DNA of 56,597 bases. Origin: a virus. Taxonomy: Duplodnaviria; Caudoviricetes. Under the pieces are notes generated by a model. That model saw nothing but the letters and a program-made list of their open reading frames with translations. It was not told the origin of the DNA and made no database searches. The DNA is taken from IMG/VR virus record IMGVR_UViG_3300030419_006978, positions 1-56,597 of that record. The stretch is one strand, 5' to 3'. This document shows, in pieces, positions 1 to 9,313 of the stretch (positions are counted from its first letter, which is position 1; each line of letters opens with the position of its first letter). Position numbers and translations under genes: made by a program.

Positions 1-1157
1 CCGTAGGTGCCGCCATAACGAATCAGGTCTTTAAACTGTGGTGCAGAATCCCAGTTTTCAAAAAACTTCTTCTGACCTTCGGCAGCCCAGTCACGGACGA
101 AGGTGAGAAAACCCGGAACCTTTCTGCCGTAAGTTCTGCTTTCTGGTGCTGTGAAAACTACGCCGCTATCAGTGTCTTCATACTTTCTTAGTCGAAGCCT
201 CTGGACTGCCCTTAAACCTTCGACTCGGCGCTCGTTGTCTGCAAATATCTCTTCATCGTCAAAATTCTCAATATTTAAGTGGGGGGCATTACCCTTCGTA
301 AAATTCCTTCGGCGGGATTCGGCGTCGTCGCCGCTGAGGAAGTAGTCTAGGTCCTTAGTCGCGACAAGGTAGGCAATCGGACCATGACCTTTCGCTTCTG
401 CGACTGCACATTGAAAATAGCCGCTGCCCTCGCTGTGACAAGAGTTAATATTTGCCATGTCGCTCATGCGAAGCACATCAACCGGGTGTCGCGATATAAT
501 GACCGACATGTCACCAGTGGGCTCTGAGCCGTATCCCGCATCGCGGAAGGCTTTAGCAACCCGCCTCCAGTTTTGTTCCTTCGTATAAAAAGTTTGCTTC
601 TTCTGCCACCACTCCTTTAGGCGGGGTTCAATATCTTTTGACTTGTTAATCGCCTTGGACATCGATGTTTTTTCTACCTTTTCAGTTGTCTGTCCAGCCT
701 TCGGTCCTTTGGGGATTACTTTAGTTGTCCTTCGTTCCAAATTCAGTCTTGCAACCTCTTCCTCCACCTCGTATTCCTCACCAGTATCCAATTGCCGCTT
801 CTTCTGCTTGACCTTTTCAATGGCAAAGTCTTCACCAGATGGACCGCCCATGGCTTGTGATATTACCTCTACATCGGTCTGTTCCTTGTGCGGTCTCCAC
901 CCTTCGTGATGAAGCTGGTAGATAATATCTGCGAGATTCTTGTCGTCACTCGACTCCATCTCCATGGCAACGCGCATGGCACCGTCGAAAAGATCATCAA
1001 AATCATAATCCGTGATTTCTTTATCCGCCATCCAATCATAAATGTTGTCAGCGGCTTGTTGCGAAATCTCGTTTAGAATTTCTAGCTTTTCCTGGCGAAT
1101 TGCTTCTTTTTTAGTTTTCTTTTGAAATTGCTGCCACTTGGACATAAAATCGGTCAT
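1..1157 (-). CDS. Hypothetical phage protein, truncated at the left edge; possibly virion-internal
   Basis: Absent from the ORF track because it runs off the window. ATG at 1157; manual translation MTDFMSKWQQFQKKTKKEAIRQEKLEILNE...SRHPVDVLRMSD...SCHSEGSGYFQCAVAEAKGHG stays open to base 1. GAGG and a CTATTTA motif lie upstream. Confidence 0.8.
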   Translation of the reverse strand, partial: MTDFMSKWQQFQKKTKKEAIRQEKLEILNEISQQAADNIYDWMADKEITDYDFDDLFDGAMRVAMEMESSDDKNLADIIYQLHHEGWRPHKEQTDVEVISQAMGGPSGEDFAIEKVKQKKRQLDTGEEYEVEEEVARLNLERRTTKVIPKGPKAGQTTEKVEKTSMSKAINKSKDIEPRLKEWWQKKQTFYTKEQNWRRVAKAFRDAGYGSEPTGDMSVIISRHPVDVLRMSDMANINSCHSEGSGYFQCAVAEAKGHGPIAYLVATKDLDYFLSGDDAESRRRNFTKGNAPHLNIENFDDEEIFADNERRVEGLRAVQRLRLRKYEDTDSGVVFTAPESRTYGRKVPGFLTFVRDWAAEGQKKFFENWDSAPQFKDLIRYGGTY

Positions 1158-1185
1158 ATAAACACCTCGGCACAGCTTACCATAC

Positions 1186-1193
1186 TAAATAGG
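1186..1193 (-). promoter_or_regulatory. Putative late promoter motif variant (CCTATTTA)
   Basis: One mismatch to the recurring ACTAnTTA motif; lies between a terminator and a gene start. Confidence 0.55.
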
Positions 1194-1205
1194 TTTATAT
1201 AAATG

Positions 1206-1231
1206 AAAAGGGCACCCGAAGATGCCCTTTT
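1206..1231 (-). terminator. Intrinsic terminator with C(UUCG)G loop after hsp20
   Basis: Minus strand AAAAGGGCATC-TTCG-GGTGCCCTTTT. Confidence 0.85.
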
Positions 1232-1254
1232 GTTGAGTGAGGAAGAAGTTAGTG

Positions 1255-1710
1255 TTACTTAACTTCAACACGGTGAGAAACCGGAGTTTCTGGCTTAACC
1301 TTTGGCACGGTAATCGAAAGAATACCCTGATTATACTCAGCAGTAATATTCTTAGCATTAGTATTCTGAGGCAAAGACCAGGAACGACTAAAAGAGCGAT
1401 ATGAGGCAAAGCTCTTACCGAGGTTGTCCACGGCGGCGTCGTTCTCCTTGGCTTCATAAGATACCGTCATGTTGTCGTCGCTAATATCAACAACAATATC
1501 ATCCTTACTCAAGCCAGGAATAACAATATCAACACGATAGTCATTGTCGTTAGTTGTGACATTGGTCCTCACGCCGGTCTGTGCACGAGGTGCGTTAAAG
1601 GCATCGTTAAAAAGTGCATTAACAATTGGGGCGAATCCCCAGTCGTCATCAAAAAAGCTATCAAGCCTGCTTCGGGCTGGAACAGTGTTCCGTCTAACAA
1701 TTGGATACAT
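1255..1710 (-). CDS. Small heat-shock protein (Hsp20/alpha-crystallin family)
   Basis: IPGLSKDDI, FSRSWSLP and AEYNQGILSITVPK motifs; ATG at 1710 (MYPIV) follows AGGAGA. Confidence 0.93.
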   Translation of the reverse strand: MYPIVRRNTVPARSRLDSFFDDDWGFAPIVNALFNDAFNAPRAQTGVRTNVTTNDNDYRVDIVIPGLSKDDIVVDISDDNMTVSYEAKENDAAVDNLGKSFASYRSFSRSWSLPQNTNAKNITAEYNQGILSITVPKVKPETPVSHRVEVK

Positions 1711-1763
1711 ATTTTCTCCTTGCTTATGTCCAGATCTGAGCACAACTATTGTGCCCAGTGTAT

Positions 1764-1792
1764 ATTATAATCACTGCTTGCATCGCTGTCAA
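1764..1792 (-). promoter_or_regulatory. sigma70-type promoter for hsp20
   Basis: Perfect TTGACA-N17-TATAAT. Confidence 0.9.
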
Positions 1793-1823
1793 GCGCTTTT
1801 TTTAAAAAACCAAACTTTAATTG

Positions 1824-1836
1824 TAAGTTGTTGATA
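1824..1836 (-). promoter_or_regulatory. Putative IHF binding site
   Basis: TATCAACAACTTA matches the WATCAANNNNTTR consensus; intergenic, about 30 bp upstream of the hsp20 -35 box, next to A/T tracts. Confidence 0.5.
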
Positions 1837-1870
1837 TTGTTGCGTGAGTGTCCAAAATGTGAGCCAAAAC

Positions 1871-2344
1871 TCACGCCTTTTTCCTGGGTCTCCCGAGCTT
1901 CGGGGCGCCGATATGGGAGACGGTTTGACCCTCACCCCAAAGGCGTGAGTTTTTTCGTTTATCTGTCACCAAGGACACCTCGATAACCGGCTTTTCTTCC
2001 TTAATTCTGAACTTAAAGCTGCGCGGTGATGCGTCTAAATTTCCGTACAGAGGATTCTTCAATCTACGCTGGTATTTCTTCCGTAGCGGGGGCTTGTTTA
2101 AGTGCCTAATACACGCCTCCACAATTTCTTCCTCTAGAAATCCTGCCTCAAGGTACACCCGATAGTTAACATCAATGTATCCGCCAATGACCCACTTTTT
2201 TCTGCCAAAATCTTTAACGTCCCAAGCCTGAGAGGCAAAGTAACGACCGTCTTTAAGCTCAGAATCTGGATTTTTTAGGACGGAAAATTCTGGCAACTTG
2301 AGCATTTGGCATTCAATTTCAAGTGGCACCTTTTCCTCATCCAT
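1871..2344 (-). CDS. Hypothetical basic protein
   Basis: ORF track; likely start MDEEK at 2344, overlapping the upstream stop. Confidence 0.7.
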   Translation of the reverse strand: MDEEKVPLEIECQMLKLPEFSVLKNPDSELKDGRYFASQAWDVKDFGRKKWVIGGYIDVNYRVYLEAGFLEEEIVEACIRHLNKPPLRKKYQRRLKNPLYGNLDASPRSFKFRIKEEKPVIEVSLVTDKRKNSRLWGEGQTVSHIGAPKLGRPRKKA

Positions 2345-2648
2345 GCAGCAACCTCTTATCTGATTTTGTAATCTTTTCTTCAACAAGTGCCGGGTTGCCC
2401 ACCACAGTGATATCAAACCCCACCTGTCCGCGATCAACATAAACCTTTGTAAACTCTTGGCGCTTGTCTAACTCGGCATTAATCTTGCCCTCCATGAGCT
2501 TCTCCTTCATCTTCTCGTCCTCTCGCAGGGCGACAATATGTTTGGGGTTTAAGAAGACCTCCTTAAGGGTATAGTTACCCGTAGATTTACCATCAATGTT
2601 TGTGTGTGCGAAGGTCGACCTACACACCTCTACTAGCTTCACCACCAT
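2337..2648 (-). CDS. Hypothetical protein, weak FlbD-like motif
   Basis: EVFLNPKHIVALRE motif; likely start MVVKL with GGAG upstream. Confidence 0.65.
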   Translation of the reverse strand: MVVKLVEVCRSTFAHTNIDGKSTGNYTLKEVFLNPKHIVALREDEKMKEKLMEGKINAELDKRQEFTKVYVDRGQVGFDITVVGNPALVEEKITKSDKRLLHG

Positions 2649-2886
2649 TATTTTCTCCAATCAGTTGGTATACGTCCTTGTTAGAAACGTACCACTGTTC
2701 TCCATTGTACAATACCTCACACCAATTGTCAAGACTTTCTTTTGGGCTTGGATTGGTTAATAGAAGCGTCCGGGGTTTTATCATTTTGTGAAATTTTTTG
2801 CAGGTTGCATCATCAGAAAGCTGATACAGTATGACCTCAGAGGGGATATAAACCAAGTCCCCCCTGCTAAAGCTAGCACTATTCAT
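2620..2886 (-). CDS. Hypothetical small SH3-like beta protein
   Basis: GDLVYIP...WCEVLYNGEQWYV pattern; overlaps neighbours as in an operon. Confidence 0.6.
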   Translation of the reverse strand: MNSASFSRGDLVYIPSEVILYQLSDDATCKKFHKMIKPRTLLLTNPSPKESLDNWCEVLYNGEQWYVSNKDVYQLIGENNGGEASRGV

Positions 2887-3265
2887 TTTTTGCCGCCTTT
2901 TTCTTGCGAGCTTTGCGCTTCTTTGGCGTAGGCTTTGGTACAGGGGTTGGTTCTGGAATCACCTGCGGATCGGGTGCCGACTGCATCGGCTCGCCCGCTG
3001 CTAAGCGGCGTTGAGCGTCTTCATATGAAGAAATTATTACTGATATATCGTCCAGCCTCAAATCGACCCTGGCTAGTACAACTCTTGCATTGTGTAGCCC
3101 GTCCAGTACATCTTCCGAGCTATATCCATTCCCTCTCATTGCCAAAGAAATATTATGTAAAGTAGCTGCAAGATCTCTAATCCTCTCGCCAGCCCGAGAT
3201 GTCAAACTGGCACTTTCTTCTAGTACCTCGTCTAATTGACACCCGTATCCAATATTAACACGCAT
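2879..3265 (-). CDS. Hypothetical helical protein with Pro-rich linker and Lys-rich tail
   Basis: AGGAGG RBS and a promoter upstream. Confidence 0.75.
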   Translation of the reverse strand: MRVNIGYGCQLDEVLEESASLTSRAGERIRDLAATLHNISLAMRGNGYSSEDVLDGLHNARVVLARVDLRLDDISVIISSYEDAQRRLAAGEPMQSAPDPQVIPEPTPVPKPTPKKRKARKKKAAKNE

Positions 3266-3280
3266 GTATCCTCCTATCTA

Positions 3281-3309
3281 ATAATAACATATATGTTGTT
3301 TTGTGTCAA
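3281..3309 (-). promoter_or_regulatory. sigma70-type promoter
   Basis: TTGACA-N17-TATTAT. Confidence 0.75.
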
Positions 3310-3599
3310 ACAATTGTGCGCCAAAGGGTCGTCAAAAAAAGACCTATCAGTCCTGTGATAATTATCCAAGTCACCTTGCTTGAGGCTCTTTTCCACTCCT
3401 CAATCGCCTTAAGACGCGCATCTGTTTTTTGTTCTAAAGAGTTAATTCTTGCATATAGTCCGTCATCCGGGTTGTAGACCGCCTCTTTCACCTTGGAAAG
3501 GGCATCGACAAGCTCTTCCTGCTTCTCCAGCAAAGAATCAAGCTTGGTAGTCAGGTCCGCTAAGGTTAAAATTAATTCCGGATTAGTCTGCGGCGGCAT
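3306..3599 (-). CDS. Coiled-coil protein with C-terminal transmembrane helix (holin/XhlA-like)
   Basis: Heptad pattern then WIIITGLIGLFLTTLW; GGAGG RBS; ACTATATA motif variant at 3625-3632. Confidence 0.6.
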   Translation of the reverse strand: MPPQTNPELILTLADLTTKLDSLLEKQEELVDALSKVKEAVYNPDDGLYARINSLEQKTDARLKAIEEWKRASSKVTWIIITGLIGLFLTTLWRTIV

Positions 3600-3633
3600 G
3601 CCATTCCCTCCACTGGTCTATGTCTATATAGTA

Positions 3634-5202
3634 TCACCTTTCCACAATTCCACAAGAAGTTGTAATTAAAATTGAAGAAACCGAAGCAGCATTTTGAAGG
3701 GCAGATCGTGTCACTTTCAAAGGATCAATAATTCCAGCCTCATACATGTTCACGACCTCTCCGTTGACGAAGTTATATCCAAAATTACCATCCCGATTTT
3801 CCACCAAATCCTGTATTAAATCTGGTGACTCACCGGCATTTTTAGCCATCTGGCGCAGGGGCTCGCTCGCTGCAGCCTTGACAATATCGACGCCCCTATC
3901 CTGCTGTTCGTTATCTACGCTCACTTTAAGACCACCAACCGCCCGAAGCAGTGCCACCCCGCCGCCGGGGAGCATGCCTTCCTGCTGGGCAGACCTGACT
4001 GCTTCTAGTGCATCCTCAATCCTATGTCTTTTCTCAATTACTTCTACTTCCGTGGCGCCGCCAACGCGAACAATGGCTATGGCGCTAGCCAATCTGGTTA
4101 TTCTTTCCTGAATCCTGTGGCAGTCGCTTATATCTTCCGTCTGCTCCAGTTCTGCCTTAATCGCTTCGATTCTTTCCTCAATCGCCTCGTGATCGCCTCG
4201 ACCGCCAACAATTGTTGTGACATATTTCTCCACCTCTATTGTCTTTGCTCTTCCAAAATTTTCCAACTTGATAGCCTCTAGACTGGCTGTGGAGTTTCTG
4301 GTAATATATGCCGCCCCAACTGAAGCAGCCAGATCCTGAAGTATTTTTCTTCGCTCTTCTCCATATCTCGGGGGCTTTACTGCCGCAACCTTAAGTGTCC
4401 CGCGAACCGTATTCATGATGAGCGCAGCTAGCGCCTGTCCAGATACCTCATCTGCCACCACAATAAGTGGCTTGCCTTCTCGTGCCACTAGCTCTAGAGC
4501 CGGAAGTAGTTGATCAACAGACTCAACCTTATGGTCAGTTACCAAAATAAGAGGGTCACTATACTTGACAACCCCTCGTCGCTCGTCTGTAATAAAAGCA
4601 GACGCGACATATCCAGAGTCGAACCTGAATCCCTCGACCAACTCCAAGCTCGTGTCTAGTGACCGAGCCTCCTCAACCGTTATCGCGCCATCCTTTCCAA
4701 CCTGATCTACTGCAGTCGCTATCAGCTTTCCGATACTCGTATCTCCGTTCGCAGAGACAGTCGCTATGTGCTCAATGTCTTCTATGGAGGTCACCTGACT
4801 TGACATTTCTTTTAGGTTTTCCACAACAACATGCACGGCTTTATCGATACCACGCTTCAGTTCTATGGGCGATGCCCCGGCAGCGAGGTGCCCCTGTGCC
4901 TGTGTAAGAATCGATCTGGCTAGGACTGTTGCAGTCGTCGTGCCGTCACCAGCGTCCGAGTTGGTCTGGGACGATGCCTGCTTGACGATCTGGGCTCCCA
5001 CATTCTCAATCGGATCGTCAAGCTCTACAAACTCTGCGACAGTGACACCATCCTTGGTTACAATCGGGGTACCGCCCTTTGTTTGTAGGATGACGTTTCT
5101 GCCTCGGGGTCCAAGAGTTGCCGCAACATTATCAGCCAATGTGTCCACGCCGTGTAAAATTTTTCGACTCAAGTCCGAGCCGCTACTATATTCTTTGGTC
5201 AT
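3634..5202 (-). CDS. groEL: Chaperonin GroEL homolog
   Basis: TLGPRGRNV, TKDGVTVA, GDGTTTATVL, GGGVALL and GIIDPLKVTRSALQNAAS; no GGM tail. Confidence 0.97.
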   Translation of the reverse strand: MTKEYSSGSDLSRKILHGVDTLADNVAATLGPRGRNVILQTKGGTPIVTKDGVTVAEFVELDDPIENVGAQIVKQASSQTNSDAGDGTTTATVLARSILTQAQGHLAAGASPIELKRGIDKAVHVVVENLKEMSSQVTSIEDIEHIATVSANGDTSIGKLIATAVDQVGKDGAITVEEARSLDTSLELVEGFRFDSGYVASAFITDERRGVVKYSDPLILVTDHKVESVDQLLPALELVAREGKPLIVVADEVSGQALAALIMNTVRGTLKVAAVKPPRYGEERRKILQDLAASVGAAYITRNSTASLEAIKLENFGRAKTIEVEKYVTTIVGGRGDHEAIEERIEAIKAELEQTEDISDCHRIQERITRLASAIAIVRVGGATEVEVIEKRHRIEDALEAVRSAQQEGMLPGGGVALLRAVGGLKVSVDNEQQDRGVDIVKAAASEPLRQMAKNAGESPDLIQDLVENRDGNFGYNFVNGEVVNMYEAGIIDPLKVTRSALQNAASVSSILITTSCGIVER

Positions 5203-6116
5203 TACTTTCCTCTGCTCCTTGGGTATGGTAAATTATATAACTTTGGATTCAATTGTTTAAACAAGTTGTGCAACTCTTTTGTCTCGCGCTTGCTCCTTCC
5301 AAGTATATAACAATACTTGTGCTTAGGGGGCACAACTCTTGAGCGACAACTCTCCCTGTACTTCTTTTCTTCCGCCTTAATCTTTGTTTTTATCTCTGCT
5401 GGGATTATCTCCCAGTTCGGAGAATACTTCTTCATCCACTTGTCCCATTGTACCTTGCTTATCCCAATATTTTCAGCATATTTTCTGTACTTTGACTTCT
5501 TTCTGAAGTCTCGATCACTGAACCAGCCAGCCTTCTCGTTGCTTGGGTCAAAGTATTGTTTGGATGTCCCTGAAGTCTGTCCCAGATAAATAAAGTTGCA
5601 CGCCTGATAGATTGTACCAAGCTCTCTTGCCTCGGGATCACTATATGCCGTGAACATCCTGTAGCCCGTGTTGCGAACCATCCACTTGATTGAATTCATA
5701 ATCAGCCAGGAGCCGAGATTCTTCGGAGCCCAGCTAATGCTGGCTCCTCGGGAGATAAGTTTCTCCAGGCTCTTGTTCTCCTTGCCAAGGATGTGACTGA
5801 ACGCATTTGGTGTTGCCATAACCACCACTCCAGATAGTGTCTGAGAGGCTCTGTGACGCGCTGTAAAGCGTTCTGTTGGTCTGTTCGGCAACTTGCCCAG
5901 CCACTCGTGCCGTTGTATAAAATGCTTGATTTCCTGGCACTGCTCCTTATCGGATTTGTCCACGTAGGCAAAGTCAAAATCTGATGTGCGAAGCTGGCTG
6001 GCAGCCTCTTCTGTAAGGTTTGCTTCTTCCAAATCTTCAGCAAGATTCTGCAGTCGTACTTCGTACTGCCAGCAGTGAGACTTGTCAAAGCCCTTAAAGC
6101 GCTCGTGGATATTCAT
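5202..6116 (-). CDS. Mom-family (phage Mu) adenine-modification protein, GNAT-like fold
   Basis: FIQRHEWLG, LISRG, AYSDPEARELGTIYQACNFIYLG and the terminal KHKY...LPYP match the Mom-family pattern. Confidence 0.8.
   Translation of the reverse strand: MNIHERFKGFDKSHCWQYEVRLQNLAEDLEEANLTEEAASQLRTSDFDFAYVDKSDKEQCQEIKHFIQRHEWLGKLPNRPTERFTARHRASQTLSGVVVMATPNAFSHILGKENKSLEKLISRGASISWAPKNLGSWLIMNSIKWMVRNTGYRMFTAYSDPEARELGTIYQACNFIYLGQTSGTSKQYFDPSNEKAGWFSDRDFRKKSKYRKYAENIGISKVQWDKWMKKYSPNWEIIPAEIKTKIKAEEKKYRESCRSRVVPPKHKYCYILGRSKRETKELHNLFKQLNPKLYNLPYPRSRGK
5232..5260 (-). promoter_or_regulatory. Possible sigma70-type promoter for groEL, inside the end of the upstream gene
   Basis: TTAAAC-N17-TATAAT, then GAGG RBS. 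Confidence 0.5.
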
Positions 6117-6124
6117 CAACTTAC

Positions 6125-6153
6125 AGTATAATACTAGTAGGGGGAGAAGTCAA
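6125..6153 (-). promoter_or_regulatory. sigma70-type promoter for the mom-like gene (near-leaderless)
   Basis: TTGACT-N17-TATACT; ATG 8 nt downstream of the -10 box. Confidence 0.75.
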
Positions 6154-6156
6154 GCG

Positions 6157-8424
6157 TTATTTAACAACGCTGACTGTCCAAGAGACACCAAGCTCTTCAT
6201 TTTCGTACATCCTCTGACCAACCTTATACTTGCCACGATTAGTCTTGGAGTAGGTCGTGCGAACTTTAGTTATTGGTCGGAGCCTAAACTTAATATTGAT
6301 GGCGGGATCGGTCTTATAATGCTGTACCACATCCTCAACTGTCTGGGTTTTTGACAAGTGCTCAGACAGCACAGCCGGGTCCGTGATGCCAGCGGGCACA
6401 TCAGACACCAACACACCGTCTGCCGGGTGCAAGTTTTCTTCGCCACCACCGACAACTAGCCGCAAAAAGTTTTCATATTTATCGCCAAGAATATCAGAAA
6501 GCTTAGCGTAATAGTTTGCAATCTTGAAATTATTTCTGAACCGATTGTTGTGTCCAAAAGCTGGTGTCTGGGACAAAGTCTCCATGACATCCGCTCCCAC
6601 GGGGCTGGGGAATTCATAGGCAGGGTCAATTTGTTGCATTAGTTCAATAAAGCTGAGTCTCTCTTTGTCGATCACCGGCTTCTGTTGACCGGTGAGCATA
6701 GCTAGGGCGTCCCTCATTTCCTCGACTACGATGCCTGATTCTTCTTCGGTCATGCCAACCTGTTGCAGTCGCAGCATCATCTTCTTTGCATCCATCCAGT
6801 TTTCCAGGAAAGCAAAGTTTTCTTTCTTCATGCTTAAGCCAATCTCTTCGCCGCTTTCGGTTACAAGAACTATGTCAGCTTTCGGTTCCGGGTTCCCGCC
6901 GCCCAACTGCCTAGCCCCTTTGATAACGTGATTGCCCAAATTGCCCAAGTTTAGCTCTTGTGGTCCAGTACTCACAACATTGTTGACGGCGTCAACAAGA
7001 TTTCTCTCACTGGTTTGTCCGCTTACATGAACAGTCAACGCCTCCTCGACCATTTCAAGGAAGGATTCAGGATTTAAGTTTTTTTTTTCTTCTAGGGCGC
7101 GTGGATCTTCGGAGATTTCTTCTTCTAGGGAACCCTTAACAACCTCTGTATCCTTCACCGCCTGCTGCCCGTGTTGGATAGCGGTCTTACGCTGGCGAGA
7201 AGCGAAGTACTCACCAATGTTCGTCGTTAAGTTCTGCACCCCTTCCAGCAGGTTCATCACCCTGCCCTCAAGGATCTTGGCATAAATCTCAGCTATGGTA
7301 TTAAACTTCTCCTCGGTGAAATCTAAAGTGCCGTGCCCCTGCAAGCTAACTGCCCCGCCTAGATTCTGAATCATCGTAAAGGAAACTTCCCACTGCGAAG
7401 GGTCCTCGCCCTTGCCTTCTGCGATCATCCTCTCTTCTTCCATCAGCAGCTTCTCGCGCTGGTGGAAAGTCAGCGACTCAGCAACCGGCGGGCTGTCCAC
7501 CGCTTCGGGCGGGGGAAGCTCTCTATGCAACATACCCCTCTTGGTGTATCCCGGCGCAGCGGTTAGAAGGGCTGCGATCTGTTCCATGTTGTTGGCTTTG
7601 ATTGCAGCATTTAGTGCTTCAATGGACACATCACCAAGCAACATTTTAGTCTTTCTTGAGCCCCCTGCAAGGAAAGCCGTCAAATTTTCACGAGTAATGT
7701 CAAACTCCCAAATCTCAAGTGCGCCGACAGAACCCTTGTCTCCCGCAGCCTTGTCACCGCCTTCATAAGTCTTGTATGCAACAAGGTACTTAATCATCGG
7801 CTCGCCTCGCACAAACAAAAAGTCGACAAGGTTGGTGAAGCTGCCCTTAACCCCCGTGCTCTTTCCAAGTAACTTGAGGCTAACAGGTATGTTCTTGCCC
7901 CCAAACTGACTAAAGGCTACAAAATCCTCAATCGGCAGAGTGCCCTTAATGCGACCAGCTTCCTGATGACCCCCTGTGAGCGCAGCCATGAACGCTTCGA
8001 AAACAAAACCTGCTGAGGCTTCATTAAAATGGTTCATTGCAGCCTTAAGGCTCTCGATGATGATCATGGTGTTGATAATCACGCGTGGACTAGTCTTGCG
8101 CTTGGCTTTCTCTGGGTTTAAAAAGTCGTTAAGGTATTGAATTCTCGCAGCAATTGATGTTCCACCGCGAACAACCTTAAAAATATTATTAATCTGCTGA
8201 CGATCCATAGTCTCCGGATCGCCCCACGCCTCGGAGGGACCATACTTGGGCAAAGACAGGACAAACTTCTTGCCCTTGGACAGTTCTTCTTTCGCCTCTT
8301 CAGTTATAACTGGTCTGTCGGTATCAAGTGCATCCTCAACCATGTCCAAGAATTCATCAAGATTAAACTTTGGCGTTCGAGGAGAAAAGTATTGTTCTGC
8401 TAGCGATTTAATATCTTCGCTCAT
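6157..8424 (-). CDS. 755-aa protein with two PD-(D/E)XK-like nuclease domains
   Basis: GFVFE...PIED...VSLK and SE...PKAD...LSMK; a similar leader precedes each domain. Confidence 0.6.
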   Translation of the reverse strand: MSEDIKSLAEQYFSPRTPKFNLDEFLDMVEDALDTDRPVITEEAKEELSKGKKFVLSLPKYGPSEAWGDPETMDRQQINNIFKVVRGGTSIAARIQYLNDFLNPEKAKRKTSPRVIINTMIIIESLKAAMNHFNEASAGFVFEAFMAALTGGHQEAGRIKGTLPIEDFVAFSQFGGKNIPVSLKLLGKSTGVKGSFTNLVDFLFVRGEPMIKYLVAYKTYEGGDKAAGDKGSVGALEIWEFDITRENLTAFLAGGSRKTKMLLGDVSIEALNAAIKANNMEQIAALLTAAPGYTKRGMLHRELPPPEAVDSPPVAESLTFHQREKLLMEEERMIAEGKGEDPSQWEVSFTMIQNLGGAVSLQGHGTLDFTEEKFNTIAEIYAKILEGRVMNLLEGVQNLTTNIGEYFASRQRKTAIQHGQQAVKDTEVVKGSLEEEISEDPRALEEKKNLNPESFLEMVEEALTVHVSGQTSERNLVDAVNNVVSTGPQELNLGNLGNHVIKGARQLGGGNPEPKADIVLVTESGEEIGLSMKKENFAFLENWMDAKKMMLRLQQVGMTEEESGIVVEEMRDALAMLTGQQKPVIDKERLSFIELMQQIDPAYEFPSPVGADVMETLSQTPAFGHNNRFRNNFKIANYYAKLSDILGDKYENFLRLVVGGGEENLHPADGVLVSDVPAGITDPAVLSEHLSKTQTVEDVVQHYKTDPAINIKFRLRPITKVRTTYSKTNRGKYKVGQRMYENEELGVSWTVSVVK

Positions 8425-8428
8425 GTTT

Positions 8429-8436
8429 TAATTAGT
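8429..8436 (-). promoter_or_regulatory. Putative late promoter ACTAATTA
   Basis: Overlaps the endolysin stop; 4 nt before the next ATG. Confidence 0.6.
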
Positions 8437-9313
8437 CCTTCGACTCTCTAATATCATCAAGAATTTCAACCAGATCAACCCCGGCACAATCAATCTTGCC
8501 CCTAGTCAGGTGATAGTGGTGGACGACACCAGCGAAATCGGCACGAACAGACGGTGCATGCACTGTAGTTACCATTTCCCCGTCTTCATCAACTGGGCAT
8601 TCCAGCGGGATGTCATGTGCCTTGTTGAGAGCCTTGGTCAGCGCTTTCAGCGCTTCAATCTGAACTGGATAAAATCCGAGATGAGTTCCAAGCGTGCCTC
8701 CATGGACCTTAGCACCTTCCACCAGAGGACGACTTCCGAAGCCACGGCGCTCATAATACTTCTGATACTTCGTGTAATACGCATTGCTTATCTCCACTCC
8801 AACTGCAACGTTGTTAACGCGTCGGCTACTAGCATGCCATCCTATGTGCTGCGTGTCAAGCAGTTGGTATATTGTCCCATCGTTATCAATACAGAAGTGA
8901 ATCGATATCCCCCGCTTCTTGAGAACCTGCTCACAGGTCTTGGAGTCCAGGCACACATCCCAGTGTACAACAAAGATGGATGGATCGCGTGGACCTCGAT
9001 GCTTTCTGTAGTTACCCTCCTTGGTGGTCAGACCATCCGATTCTGTCCACACCACAACCTTGTCCCACTCAACTGCCACAGGCTTGCCATTGCAGACAAT
9101 ATAACTTTCATCCTCGAAGTTTTCAAAAACTCTGTGTGCAAGTAATCTTCTGTGAGTCATTGGTCCAACAAGACCATCCGGCGTCAGATCGTACTCTTTC
9201 TGGAACTCTTTAACTGCTTCTGTCAAGTCATCCTCAAACCCCTCGACACCAAACCACTCAGGTTCCCAGCCAAGCTTCTTTGCGCTGGCTTCATTGTAAA
9301 AATTCTTATCCAT
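8432..9313 (-). CDS. Endolysin: peptidoglycan-binding domain plus N-acetylmuramoyl-L-alanine amidase
   Basis: AVKEFQKEYDLTPDGLVGPMT (PG-binding); FVVHWD, SIHFCID, WHA, GVEI, HH...KIDC (Amidase_2). Confidence 0.9.
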   Translation of the reverse strand: MDKNFYNEASAKKLGWEPEWFGVEGFEDDLTEAVKEFQKEYDLTPDGLVGPMTHRRLLAHRVFENFEDESYIVCNGKPVAVEWDKVVVWTESDGLTTKEGNYRKHRGPRDPSIFVVHWDVCLDSKTCEQVLKKRGISIHFCIDNDGTIYQLLDTQHIGWHASSRRVNNVAVGVEISNAYYTKYQKYYERRGFGSRPLVEGAKVHGGTLGTHLGFYPVQIEALKALTKALNKAHDIPLECPVDEDGEMVTTVHAPSVRADFAGVVHHYHLTRGKIDCAGVDLVEILDDIRESKD

